DNA from: Dicyema japonicum
Taxonomy: Eukaryota; Animalia; Dicyemida
Reading direction: 5' to 3'
Length of the DNA stretch: 64,000 nt
Assembly: GCA_011109175.1 (NCBI GenBank)
Contig: RDEW01000085.1
Span: 45,975-109,974 of the forward strand
A program made the translations under genes and the position numbers. Below are positions 22,670 through 33,887 of the stretch, piece after piece. Every line of letters starts with the position of its first letter. Position 1 is the first letter of the stretch. The notes below the pieces were generated by a model, which was not told the DNA's origin, searched no databases, and was given only the letters and a program-made list of their open reading frames with translations.

Positions 22670-24844
22670 AAGATCCTCAGGATCCTCATATACCGCTTTG
22701 TTTGCAATGCGGTACAATGTTTTCTAATGAGGCAATGAAACCATCGCGTTCAATCGAAAATTTAAAGCGAAAACATCCCAACTCAATTGAAAAAAAAACA
22801 GAAATTGTTTTTGAATTAAAAAAAGATTTATTAAAATAAAAACAGATATACATTTTATTAACATAACAAACTCGCTACTAATTAAAAACAGCTTAAACAG
22901 GGAGAAGCCAATGAGTTTGCCCTAGTTGATAGGGTCTAGTATAACAAGACACCATATGTGGCCTCTTCGAATTATTGACCCCTTCCACCATACAAGAATT
23001 ATTTTTTAAGTGGTGCAATATTTTTTCAATAGATCTTGAACGTCTTTCATAACTAGGCGGTAATTTAGATTTTAAATCAAGTCCATATGCCAGTTTAATA
23101 GCATATCTCCTCGATATATCGAGAAACTCTACAAGAATACTTCTCTCATCACATTCAAACCATCCTTGGAAGCCATAAATCAAGAGTGATTTTATACAAG
23201 CTATATAAACATAGATTAGTTTCTGGACTCAATTGAAAACGTAGAAGCGACTTCAGCATCGCGGTAGCTTTTTTCCTTTTTTTCTTGAAGTAATTTATAA
23301 AGGAATTCTTCGAGTTCACACAAACACCAAAATATTGCAACTGTTCCGTGTTTTTTATTGCTCCAATATTTATACAAATTTTTAATTTATTTTTGTAATT
23401 CACAATCTATGAAGCAGTACACTTTTCAAGAGGTAAGGATAAACCTTTATTTCGCCACCAACATTTAATTTTTTCGATATGGGTTGAAACGCGATTCCAG
23501 GAAATCGTTTTATTAATCCTTTGATCAAGCAGAAGTATATCATCAGCATAAATAAGCATTTTCGAATTTAAGTGTTCAACCTTCGGAATGTCACATATAA
23601 CACAATTAAGACAGACCCTTGTATTACCCCTCTTTTTAACCAAATTTTCTTCGATGTATGATTTCCAACACGTATAAAAGATTCTCTACCAGAAAGAAAT
23701 TCCTTCATCCACACTAGTGCCTTGCTCCCAACATTAACATTTGACAGAATCTTCAACAACCCAACATGCCAAACGCTATCAAAAGCCTTTGATATGTCTA
23801 GACATACGGCCGTAGACATTCCTCTTAGCAACATATATAAAATTTGATAACATTGAGAAACAATCTCCAGTCTCTCTAGTGAGGCAAAAACCCCACTGAT
23901 CATCGAGAAAAAATTTTTTATTTTCAATATACTTTGATAATCTGTTGAAAATAATTTTTCCATGTTTTTCGATATACTCCATATCAGGCTTATTGGCCTA
24001 TAGTTCTCTAGATTTAAACTAGATTTTCCCTTCTTCGGGATCATCCGTACAGAAGACTTTTTCCGCGCAGAAGGAACATCTCCAGAACACTACGAAAAAT
24101 TAAATAAAGCCCATAACGTTTTCAATAATGGAACTCCAGAATTTTTGAAGACAGTCAGGGGATAAAATCCCATCTCGGAGCTTTATTTAAGAAGTTAAAA
24201 TAAAATCACTTTAACTTCTTTTTTTAATAAAAGTATATTTCAAAATGTTACTGGACTATTTTATACATACAAAGTTGCAGAAATAATTGCAAAAACTGGC
24301 TATTTTATTTATTTTAATTTGTAGGTAATCCCCATTTGATAGCAATTCGCCCGTGTTTAGATTCATTTATTCACGATATTTTACAAAAAGATTCTTCAAA
24401 CATACTAAGATCATCCCCCTAAGCAATGACACAATAAAAAGAATTGATGAAATGTCTAATGACATTGAACAGTCTTTAATATTATCTCTCAGTTCTTGGG
24501 ATCTAAATTAGTGAAGATATAAGTCCGGAATTATGTGAAAAATGATTCCAATCATTTAATGTTTCCGACTTCATATTGCGTAGAAAGAAGAATTAGCACT
24601 CTCAACAATGTCATCGGGAAAAAACGAAACAAAATAAATGTACAAGAAAGAGGAGATATAAAAATTGCACTTACGAAAAGAAAGGAAAATTTAGAGAATC
24701 TTGTGAATACTCATCAACCACAAGGATCTCATTAAAACTATGATTTTGAAATAAAATTTAAGTACGTGGTAATAACTTTTTGTCTTGTGAAATAAAAAGA
24801 GAAAAAAATCGCGAGGGAGATAAAAAATTTTTTTGAGACCACTG
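22670..24844 (+). mobile_element. hAT Charlie/Buster element interrupted by a LINE
   Basis: N-terminal PLCLQCGTMFSNEAMKPSR at ~22700; YKVAEIIAKTG/NPHLIA and LSNDTIKRIDEMSNDIE at ~24270-24480; C-terminal FPTSYCVERRISTL..ERGDIKIALT..HQPQGSH; right terminus GAGACCACTG at 24844 followed by CTCTAGAA. Confidence 0.75.
22893..24060 (-). mobile_element. Degenerate LINE reverse transcriptase (Jockey/CR1-like)
   Basis: IPKKGK..NYRPISL, CLDISKAFDSVWHVGLL, GVIQGSVL, LIYADDILL spread over several frames. Confidence 0.85.
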
Positions 24845-25755
24845 CTCTAGAACACTGTGCTTGAGTCAGAGTTCTGCAGGATAGCGTCTTTGAATAATTT
24901 AATTAATTATGAAAATTACTAATGTAAGATTATACTCTTATCATGATTACTAATGAAATACTATACTTATAACCAGCATGGCAACACTATGTGTGTTTGG
25001 TATTATGACTATTTATTTCAACTTTGAAAAACTAAATTTTTAGTTTTCACAACTAATTGATAGGGTATTTTTCTCTAGCGTATTTCTCAAAGTTCCTATC
25101 GCTTTCCTTTACTTGTACAATTCCTTTTTATGATGGTTTGTAAAAATTTGAATTTCTTGTTGTAGTTGAGAAACTCTGAAGCTTCTTCCACTGTGCATTC
25201 TGATGAATGGATATCTTTCGTTTTTCTTGACACAAGTTAACCATAATGCAAGAACCAGAAACGGAAGTCATTGAGATAATTTCGAGTCTATGCATCTTGA
25301 AGCACCATACCTCTATTGCAAGAAATATTTTCATTTTCTCAAAATGGATGCGACCTCCCGTTTCTCTTTATGGAGCTTTGGAAGCATTGGATGCAACAAG
25401 TTAGTAAATGTCAGATACAATATGCTCGGAATAAAATTAAAAGAACTTAGGCAACTCTACCTTGAGGAAAACAAGAGAATTCCAAATCCTCAATCCTTTG
25501 AAAAGCGCAAATCCCCCCTCCCAAAAAAAGATGTAAAATTAAAATCTAAATTTGATATTAAATTTAAAAACTTTAAAAGGAAGAAAAAACAGAAAAATCG
25601 CTTAACGGAAAAAAAATCTCCAATTATTAAAAAAAGTGAAAATAACCGACATTTGTCATAAAAATGCTTTCTAAAATTATTAAAAAGTAAAGTTCTGTAT
25701 TTTATATTGTAGACACAAAAGATCCAAATGTCATTCAATCACTGAGCAATATACA

Positions 25756-26306
25756 ATGGATTTTAAAGCCGCTTTTGAGGATCCCACAAGAAACGAGACC
25801 GATTTAGAAAAAGTCGCATTTATGAAAACCAATGAATACGCTTTCAGGCACCTAAACAGAGTTCTGAGACAGCACATTGAAAATCCTGTAAATTTAACAT
25901 TTGAAAATTCTAATCAATTTAGGCTTTTTCAGATTCTCAGGATAGTGTGGAGGGGGATTGTGAGATTTACAAGAAAATGCATGAAAATCGGATGAAATAT
26001 CTGAGTGAGCATCCTGAAAATGAAATTGAAGACTTTGAATGTGATGATGGTGATCAGTCCCCACAACGTAGCAACGAGTAAATAAGCTGCACTTAATATT
26101 TTAGTGAGACTCAGACTATTCAAGCGAGTGGCCTTTCGGAAGGTGACGAGAAACTGTTTGAAAAAGATAAACGAAGAAATCCTGCTAAAATGACGTCTTC
26201 ATTAAGTAAAAAACCAACGAAAAAATGTCAATCAGTTTATGGGAAAAACAGAAGAAACAAGTGGTGCAAAAAATGTCGACAAAAACGGGCATGCATTCGT
26301 TTCTAA
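25756..26306 (+). CDS. Small (~160 aa) protein ending in a C-clamp zinc DNA-binding motif (ZNF395/ZNF704/SLC2A4RG-like C-terminus)
   Basis: Introns 25888-25922 (35 nt) and 26078-26104 (27 nt) give an open frame ending KKCQSVYGKNRRNKWCKKCRQKRACIRF-stop, with exact C-x12-C-x2-C-x5-C spacing. Confidence 0.75.
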
Positions 26307-27289
26307 AAATATTACCTTTGTTTGAGTTAATTTTGATTAAAATTTAATAAAATTTGGATATTTCGGGTAAAATTAGTAATCTTTATTGGGGAATAGAAAC
26401 AGAGACAAGTCATGCTCTAGGTGACAATAAAAAGTAATTATTGACAAAAATGATGTCCATACCCAGGCGATGTGCAAACCATCTCCGTCCGCGATAGTCT
26501 CTAAATTGCCCCGCAATATGATTCCTGATTTATTTGTTCTTCCACCGTTCCAGTGATTTCGATCCGGAGTTGTCTTTAACCTTGTTGAGAAGAACCTTTG
26601 GAGAGCCCATTTCCCTTACAAGAATCGAGATGGCAATTGTCTTTCGTTCCCCTCACAAGTTCTACGAACGGAGTTGTCTTCAACCTTGAGGAGAACTTTT
26701 GGAGAGCCCCTGTGACTGCTGTTTAAAATAAATTAATTTTCTTTAGGTTTGTATAGAACAGGTTGTTGCCTCCATGCCGCACAACCGTATCTAATTGTCG
26801 GTTGAATCCAATGAGTATAAAGGTACCTTAACATTGAGTAGAAAAAACCTTTTTGGTATCCAAGAAATGTTTTTATAAAGTTTAGTTATCGTTGGCAGAG
26901 GGAAATGACATTTTGAAATGCTTGCTAAAAGGGGGTCTTCCGAGTTTGTTACACTTATATTTGAAGTAAAAAGTCATTGTGATAGATTTTTAAAAGCTTA
27001 TGTGTAATAGGTTCCTTATAAGCCAAATGTTCAGATTGTCCATTAAATATTTTAAGTGGGTACCCGTTGTGTAAACACGCAGTATCTTGCTGCAACGATT
27101 AGTGGACATGTATTTTTTACTTGAAAGAAATTTTTTTCTCGACAACTGTAATAACTCAATTACCGCAGTTAAAAGGGCAGTCACGTGAGATAATGTTATA
27201 GCTTAGGAAAACTCGTGTGGAAGTGTATGGAGATAGTAAATTGACAACATTCAATTAACTAGTGACTACCTTGATTCTTTTATATCTAA

Positions 27290-27900
27290 CACAAGACATC
27301 AAAGTCAATTTTGATGTGGGTATTCAATCTTAATCTTATTGTTCCTCTGGTGTTGATGTCCAATGTGCTTCGTTTTTTACTAACAACATTCAAACAGCTG
27401 AAAAGCCAAATTCAACCATCTATTCTTGATAATTGTAATAACTCAATCATTGCAGCCATACGGGCAGTCTACATGCTGAAAACATTTGGGTGTGAGTCTT
27501 TATTAATATATATGCAATGACACTTTCTTAGCAGCTCTTGTTCTCAGTTTTACATTTTCTTTCAAATCCAACAGCATTTCAACCAACTCAGAATTTTCAT
27601 CTCCTGGTTCATAATTTTAAAGATCCACAAACCAGACTGATTGAATCTTCTCTCAAAGGCTACAATAAGACCATCAAGATGGGCAATGCATGCAGCAATG
27701 CATTACATTAAAATACTGCATTACTTCATTGAATATATCTTCTTCACAAGTAGTGTCAGGCAAACTTTAATGAATAACATTTCTTCCCTTATATCAGCTT
27801 CATGGATAAATCTGGCATTACATGAAAGATTGTTTCGTTATGGATTGTGCTTTATCAGGACTACAGAAAATCGGCTGGAAAGTTACATGAGGAAATCAAC
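27290..27900 (-). mobile_element. hAT transposase 3' remnant
   Basis: HLDGLIVAFERRF and VVSKKRSTLDINTRGTIRLRL on the minus strand, like the Charlie C-terminus. Confidence 0.5.
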
Positions 27901-28561
27901 GATCCAGGACGCATACATAAGAGTGAGAGAATATAATAGGGAGTGTCCAGGTGTAAATTCCAAGCCTGATGTAGGACTCAGACATAATACCCTACCAAAT
28001 AACTGATGAATCTTCCGTTAATAAATTGATATTATTCTTCACTTCATAATGCGTTAAAGACACAGAACATTGAAGTACTGTGACTCATGATCCAATACAT
28101 CATTCGATTGAACAACTTTCGCCTATTAATTGACATCAGAAAACCAACTGCAAACGTTCGAAATGCAATAGTTTCGCGAAGAAACAGAAAAACGCAAATC
28201 TCCCCTTCCCCTTCCAAAAAAAACTATATTCTTGAATCTAGAAATCCTCTTTGTCTACACAATTGGTTAAAGAATTTCTCCTGGATGACTTGGTCGGAGT
28301 AATAATAATTTTCATTTTACGACGGAGTCTCTGAAGGCTTAGTTTTGTCTCGTACCTTATTCAGCATGCACCTGAGTGATATCCAACAAATTTTAAGAAA
28401 CCTCTCGTATCATATAAAGTCTGGTCTCCTAGACTTTATCGATTTCTTACAATGATTTCATATTATTATTACAGCACTTATCGCCTTGCCATAATAGTTA
28501 TAGCAAAGCATGTGCAATACAAGAAAAAATGTTATTAGTTAGCCTCTTCCATCCTCCACGG

Positions 28562-29368
28562 TTACACGCAGTCGATTTCAGCATGTTCAGATCGTCTTCC
28601 GTCTTTAGGCATTTCTTCATTCTTTGGAGGTCTTTGTGCAGCATGATAGGTAGGGTCANNNNNNNNNNNNNNNNNNNNNNNNNNNNNNNNNNNNNNNNNN
28701 NNNNNNNNNNNNNNNNNNNNNNNNNNNNNNNNNNNNNNNNNNNNNNNNNNNNNNNNNNNNNNNNNNNNNNNNNNNNNNNNNNNNNNNNNNNNNNNNNNNN
28801 NNNNNNNNNNNNNNNNNNNNNNNNNNNNNNNNNNNNNNNNNNNNNNNNNNNNNNNNNNCATGTCCAGATCGTCTCCCGTCTTTAGGCATTTCTTCATCCT
28901 TTGGAGGTCTTTGTGCAGCATGATAGGTAGGGTCATCCTTGGTCTGCCACGGAAGCAATTGCCCTCGAACATGAAATGGTCCTCCATCGCCACATTAGCC
29001 GGGGCAGCAAGATCCATGCGTAGTACGTGACCAAACAGTCTCCACCGGGNNNNNNNNNNNNNNNNNNNNNNNNNNNNNNNNNNNNNNNNNNNNNNNNNNN
29101 NNNNNNNNNNNNNNNNNNNNNNNNNNNNNNNNNNNNNNNNNNNNNNNNNNNNNNNNNNNNNNNNNNNNNNNNNNNNNNNNNNNNNNNNNNNNNNNNNNNN
29201 NNNNNNNNNNNCAGAGACCTGCGTTTCTTGCAGACATCCGATAGAGACGCGGTACTTGTCTAAATCATCGCACAGTGTTTTCCTCATCCATGTCTTCGAG
29301 ATCCCCCTGACATTAAACGAGATTAGGTTGAGGCCATCCCATTGAATCTTGTATTTTTCAGACTGCAT
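28562..29368 (-). mobile_element. RTE-clade LINE fragments separated by gaps
   Basis: APE start LISFNVRGI..IGCLQET; C-terminal RWRLFGHVLRM..GRPRMT; two N gaps (28659-28858, 29050-29211) inside. Confidence 0.75.
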
Positions 29369-29699
29369 TTAAAGAGCCACGTCACTAACTCAACCGATTG
29401 ATTTCATAGTGAATCTTTATCCGCAAAAACAGATTCCCGTCTTGAAGAAGACAATACAAAGCCTTGGATCTGAGACTATTGTTTCCAGTGACCAACTACT
29501 AAACGGATCCAGCAACATCAATATTTTCATTCTCGACGCATTTATAAAGTATAGAATAGAGCGACTTTCTCATGATACTATCCATCAAGGATTTCTATTG
29601 ATAGTCCTTTATAGCGCTAAGGCTTATTTGGATTGGGTCTATCTTGTAATTGATAGCAAAGATTCCTGCGATTGTGATCAGTTTTAAACAACAAGGAAT

Positions 29700-30020
29700 C
29701 TTGTGGTTATATCTGTTTTAGACCTATATTATTTTTTCAAGATAATGAAATTTGTCACTTTCCAGATATTCGACTTTATTTAAGTCTAATCAAGCTGGCA
29801 TGAAGAAATGTTTCCTGAAGTATCGGTTTCATGGATCACATTAGTTAATGACTATTACATTTTTCAATAAAAATATTCTTTAACGAGCTGAATACATAAT
29901 TGAGTTATTAATGTAATAAAATTCTTTTAAAAAAGTTAAATTTACTCATGGGTGGTGGAAACTTTTGGATGGGCGATGAAATTTCAAATGGGAGGCGGGA
30001 AAAAAGGTTAAGAATCACTG
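29700..30020 (+). mobile_element. hAT 3' end remnant
   Basis: Right terminus AAAAAGGTTAAGAATCACTG (reverse complement CAGTGATTCTTAACCTTTTT, Charlie-like); GFSW-like trace at ~29825. Confidence 0.45.
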
Positions 30021-30227
30021 ATACAAATAATTTCTTGTGGTGATGAACACGTTTGTTTCTAATAATCAGAGTGGGACATTACCTATAACCGGATGTACAA
30101 AACAATGAGAACGCAGGCGATTGAATCCGAAGGCTGTTCGGAGTACAAGAAATTGATGCAAGATTCTCTAATCCAAATTCTCAACCGGAGAGCCAAGCAA
30201 ATATCATATTTTTCTTAAATTCGTCAA

Positions 30228-30900
30228 GTGAGGTTAATTTCTCTCGATAGTCGGAAACTTATGCAGAAAGTACCGTACCAACTTCTTAGAAATGAGGTTT
30301 TAATTGATATTAACGCCGCAATCAATAGTTATATGATGTCACCTCCACCAACAAATATAACCAATATCACAGATATTACTTATGCTGGACAGCGGGCGAT
30401 GAGGTTCTCTCACAACTTGTCCGAAAGAAGAGCGATTAAATCTATTATATGGAAGCCAGGCTTACAAAACTGAAAAACAGCATGGATAAATAACAGACCA
30501 TACTAGATTGAAAGGAAACCAAAGATATGATGATGAAACGAGGGATATACTCTGCCAATATGGATACCGAAAGTAAAAAAGGGTGAATTCGGGAAAATCG
30601 GTCTTCTTATTCAGGATAACACAAAGATTTTGAAGAAAAGACTTCGAATTCAGGAAACTAGAAAGGAATTCAAAGTCTCACAATCATCTTTTTGGAAATT
30701 AAATAGGTTATTCCAGTATAAAACCAACTTTCATGCATATACTCTCTACTAGGAAACCCAGACCAAGTCAGTAAGGAGCGTGGTAGTGGAACGGATTGAG
30801 GTTTTTTTTGAGGACCAAAGTGGATGATACGTTCATTCAGAAGATAATGTGAAGCTAAAAGGGGTAAAACTGCGAAAGTATCCAGGCATCACGGCAGGAT
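30228..30900 (+). mobile_element. Possible N-terminal remnant of an R4-like non-LTR element
   Basis: Weak peptide resemblance only (LIDINAAIN..TNITDITYA; RIQETRKEFK). Confidence 0.25.
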
Positions 30901-32084
30901 TTTTAATAACGTAATCCCCCATAACTATCGCTATGTCTAGGTTTTTAATAAAAAATTGTTATGTTATATTCTTCATTAATAATTCGATTAATCTCAGTGC
31001 ACAAAAAACCATGTAAAGATTCGATTTTCTTAATAGAGAATTTGTATGACTCATCGAATCCGCTCACCATACAACTGAGGAGCCATTTAAAAACATCCAA
31101 GATAAATTCATTAGTGAACTCTGACAACATGACTTTAGCCAAGCATTTACTTTACCAACACTGTCATATGACACGGACATCTCATTTATTTTAGACCACA
31201 TTTGCCCCCAGAACGGTATAAACTCCTCATCGTCAAAACCCTATAACTTTACTTAAAATTTTCGATTTTATTGAAACAATGTACAACTATTTGCTTTTTC
31301 TTAACTTTGACCAGGTCACGTAGTAAAACTTCAGATATACGAAAAACTTTCTAGATAATGACTGCAAGGGAATGTAAATTAGTAATGATTAAGTCGTGAT
31401 TTTTCTTATGGTTAGGAAGTGGCGTACTTAGGGGGCTATAGGGGCAACAGATCCAAGTCATAGAGTTTACATTATCAAGTTATACTAACTTTTTTCTTGA
31501 TTTTTTTCATCATAGACAAGACTGACTCCTAGTGATCACCGTGTTCTATTGAAAGCACTGAAGAATTCGAGCTCATTGGTTTTAATCGATGGCGGATGCG
31601 TGTTTGCTGTTAATTTCCTTATCGCTCTTCGTGATGATGCGCTGTCAGTCACCATTTCTTGTTGGGACGATGATTTTAGGAATAACGTGCGTTTTTCTTT
31701 CCTACAATCTTCTGTGTTGATTTTTTTTGTGTATTGATTTCCTCTACTTTGATCCGACAAATAAAGCGAACAAAACCCAGCGGAACATGAAAATCAGCGC
31801 AAAAAAAAGCTCAGAGAAGCAGAAGATAATGCCATGAAAGGATGTTCAGATGTGTGGGTGAAGAAGCAATACGTGGCAAACGATCAATCTGATCTGACAG
31901 TTTTTCCCATGAATATTGTGTTGAACAGGGAGAATATTACCATATGATGGGGAAGAAACTTAATAATTAAAGTATCCGCAAAATATGAGACATCAAGTAG
32001 GTCTTACTAAAAGAATCCCAAATATAGAGCATCCAGTAAACCTTCACAAAGGTCAAAGGGTTTTTTAATAAAAATTATCAATTA

Positions 32085-32165
32085 ATTATAAAATTACTAT
32101 AGTTATTATGGAGACGATAAATTATTGACAAGGGCGAAAATATTTTCATAGGGGTGATACGCAAA
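32085..32165 (-). repeat. Partner of the 6610-6690 dispersed repeat
   Basis: Reverse complement TATCACCCCTATGAAAATATTTTCGCCCTTGTCAATAATTTATCGTCTCCATAATAACTATAGTAAT. Confidence 0.7.
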
Positions 32166-32392
32166 ACTAAGTGAGAACATTCGTGAGAACATTCATATTC
32201 TTTTTTAACACTAATAACTTAGTCATTTTCTGGTTGGAATTTATCTAAAAACGAGATTTTAAGAACCGGGAGTAGACGTAACTTGACATTCTCAGTTCTA
32301 AAATTTATGATTTATTTCACTGCGTGATTAAATGCGATCCAGCAAACTGCCTATTTGAACCTTTAATATGGTAAAGACGAGAGTCAGAAATT

Positions 32393-33151
32393 TTATTTTC
32401 CAAAATTGTCAGAACAGACGATATTGTTAATAAAGAACCATTTATGCTGATATTTTATAAAGTTCTGTCTCGTCATTTCACGAATAGCCCAATAACCAAG
32501 CAAACCACGTGTTACTATAAACATTATTTGAATAATATGCATTCCAAATTCATGGGGGTTGACAAAACGGGCCAATACTGCTTTGTGTATAACATATCCA
32601 GCAAAAGGTAGTTCGATAAAGACTGTAAGAACCCATGATAAGGTCAACTCGATGAGCTAAACGTTTAAAATATCCCTCACTTTATCCCCCAGGTTGCCAT
32701 CCATAGCCAAATAAAGGGAGAAGGGTTGAGTTAACATGATAATTATTAGTCCAGTTAGAAATATGCTGTCATTATGCAACTACGGCGTAATGACTTGTCT
32801 TACCTTTAATGACACGGAAATGATGGAGCCAACCGACCAAATTGAGAAGTAGAGTGAATTGTAGAAAATACAAATCTGCAAAGGAAGGTTTGCTTGACAC
32901 GTGTTTACAAATGTATTGGGAAATTTGTCGAGATTTTTAAATTTCAAACCAAAAACTTTGGCAGTTAACGAATTTATCATTATTGGTATGGAAATAATTA
33001 AGTTTTGATTTATTAAAAATAATATTAAGTTTAAATGATAAATAGAAATTTTAAATAAATTATAAATTCGATCATAACGTTTTCGGTTGTTAACCTCATA
33101 AAAACTAGCAATTTTTTTTTCTGTTTTAGATCTTTTAGAAACAGTTACCAT
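32393..33151 (-). CDS. TMEM17: TMEM17 (ciliary transition-zone membrane protein)
   Basis: Spliced peptide NLPLQICIFYNSLYFSIWSVGSII..LYLAMDGNLGDKLIELTLSWVLTVFIELP..PHEFGMHII..AIREMTRQ matches TMEM17 motifs; two 24-nt GT-AG introns; start codon uncertain. Confidence 0.8.
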
Positions 33152-33887
33152 ATATTTAATTATTATGCACATTCGCAATGAAAAAAGTTATAACCTTTCC
33201 GTCACTTGTGCCACCCCCTACTTCCGAATGAATGATCCGGTCTGTTAGACTCCCCCACTCTCTTCTCGAGATTGCAATTCTCGAAGGCTATCTAAATCAT
33301 CTGCTTATTCTAATGACATTTAACATGTTTTAGATAAATGTTCATTATTGATGGCAAAGTTGTTCGTGGCTTCCTTCTAAAAGCCCCTGAGCAGAGGAAG
33401 TATGATTCCATAATTTCGTAAGCAGGAACGGCATGATTCATCCGTAATGTGTGTCCAAATAATTCCCATCAGGTAATAATTGTATCCAAGTGCCTTCGAT
33501 TACAAACTGTATAAGTTTTGATTTTGTATAAGTAATATTTGTCCAGGGAGTGTTTTAGATAAAAGTGCAATTGAGGGACGTCACCACCTCAGTCATCATT
33601 AAATTTAAAGAGGATAAATGTTATCGTCTAATTAAGTGATCCCGTTGTCCATACCAGTCCTTTTCCTGCGGTTAGTTTTGGAGTCCTGGATTAAACTCCA
33701 CAACAGGGAAGGTTTTATTCTCGTATCCCGGACAAGCGTCGAGATATAGTTTGATGTCCAGCCATCAAATATTTAATTAATTTCAAAATCTGACTTTATA
33801 GTTAAAACTATTATGCATTAATAATAAATTTATATTTATTTTTAAATTAATAAAATAAAGTTGGATATTGTTTCTGTTGGTTAACGC

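Noticed and set aside
25290-25661. Intact HMG box upstream of the C-clamp (NMLGIKLKEL..YLEENKR)
   Set aside because: The conserved Trp and the helix spacing are missing; too weak to call
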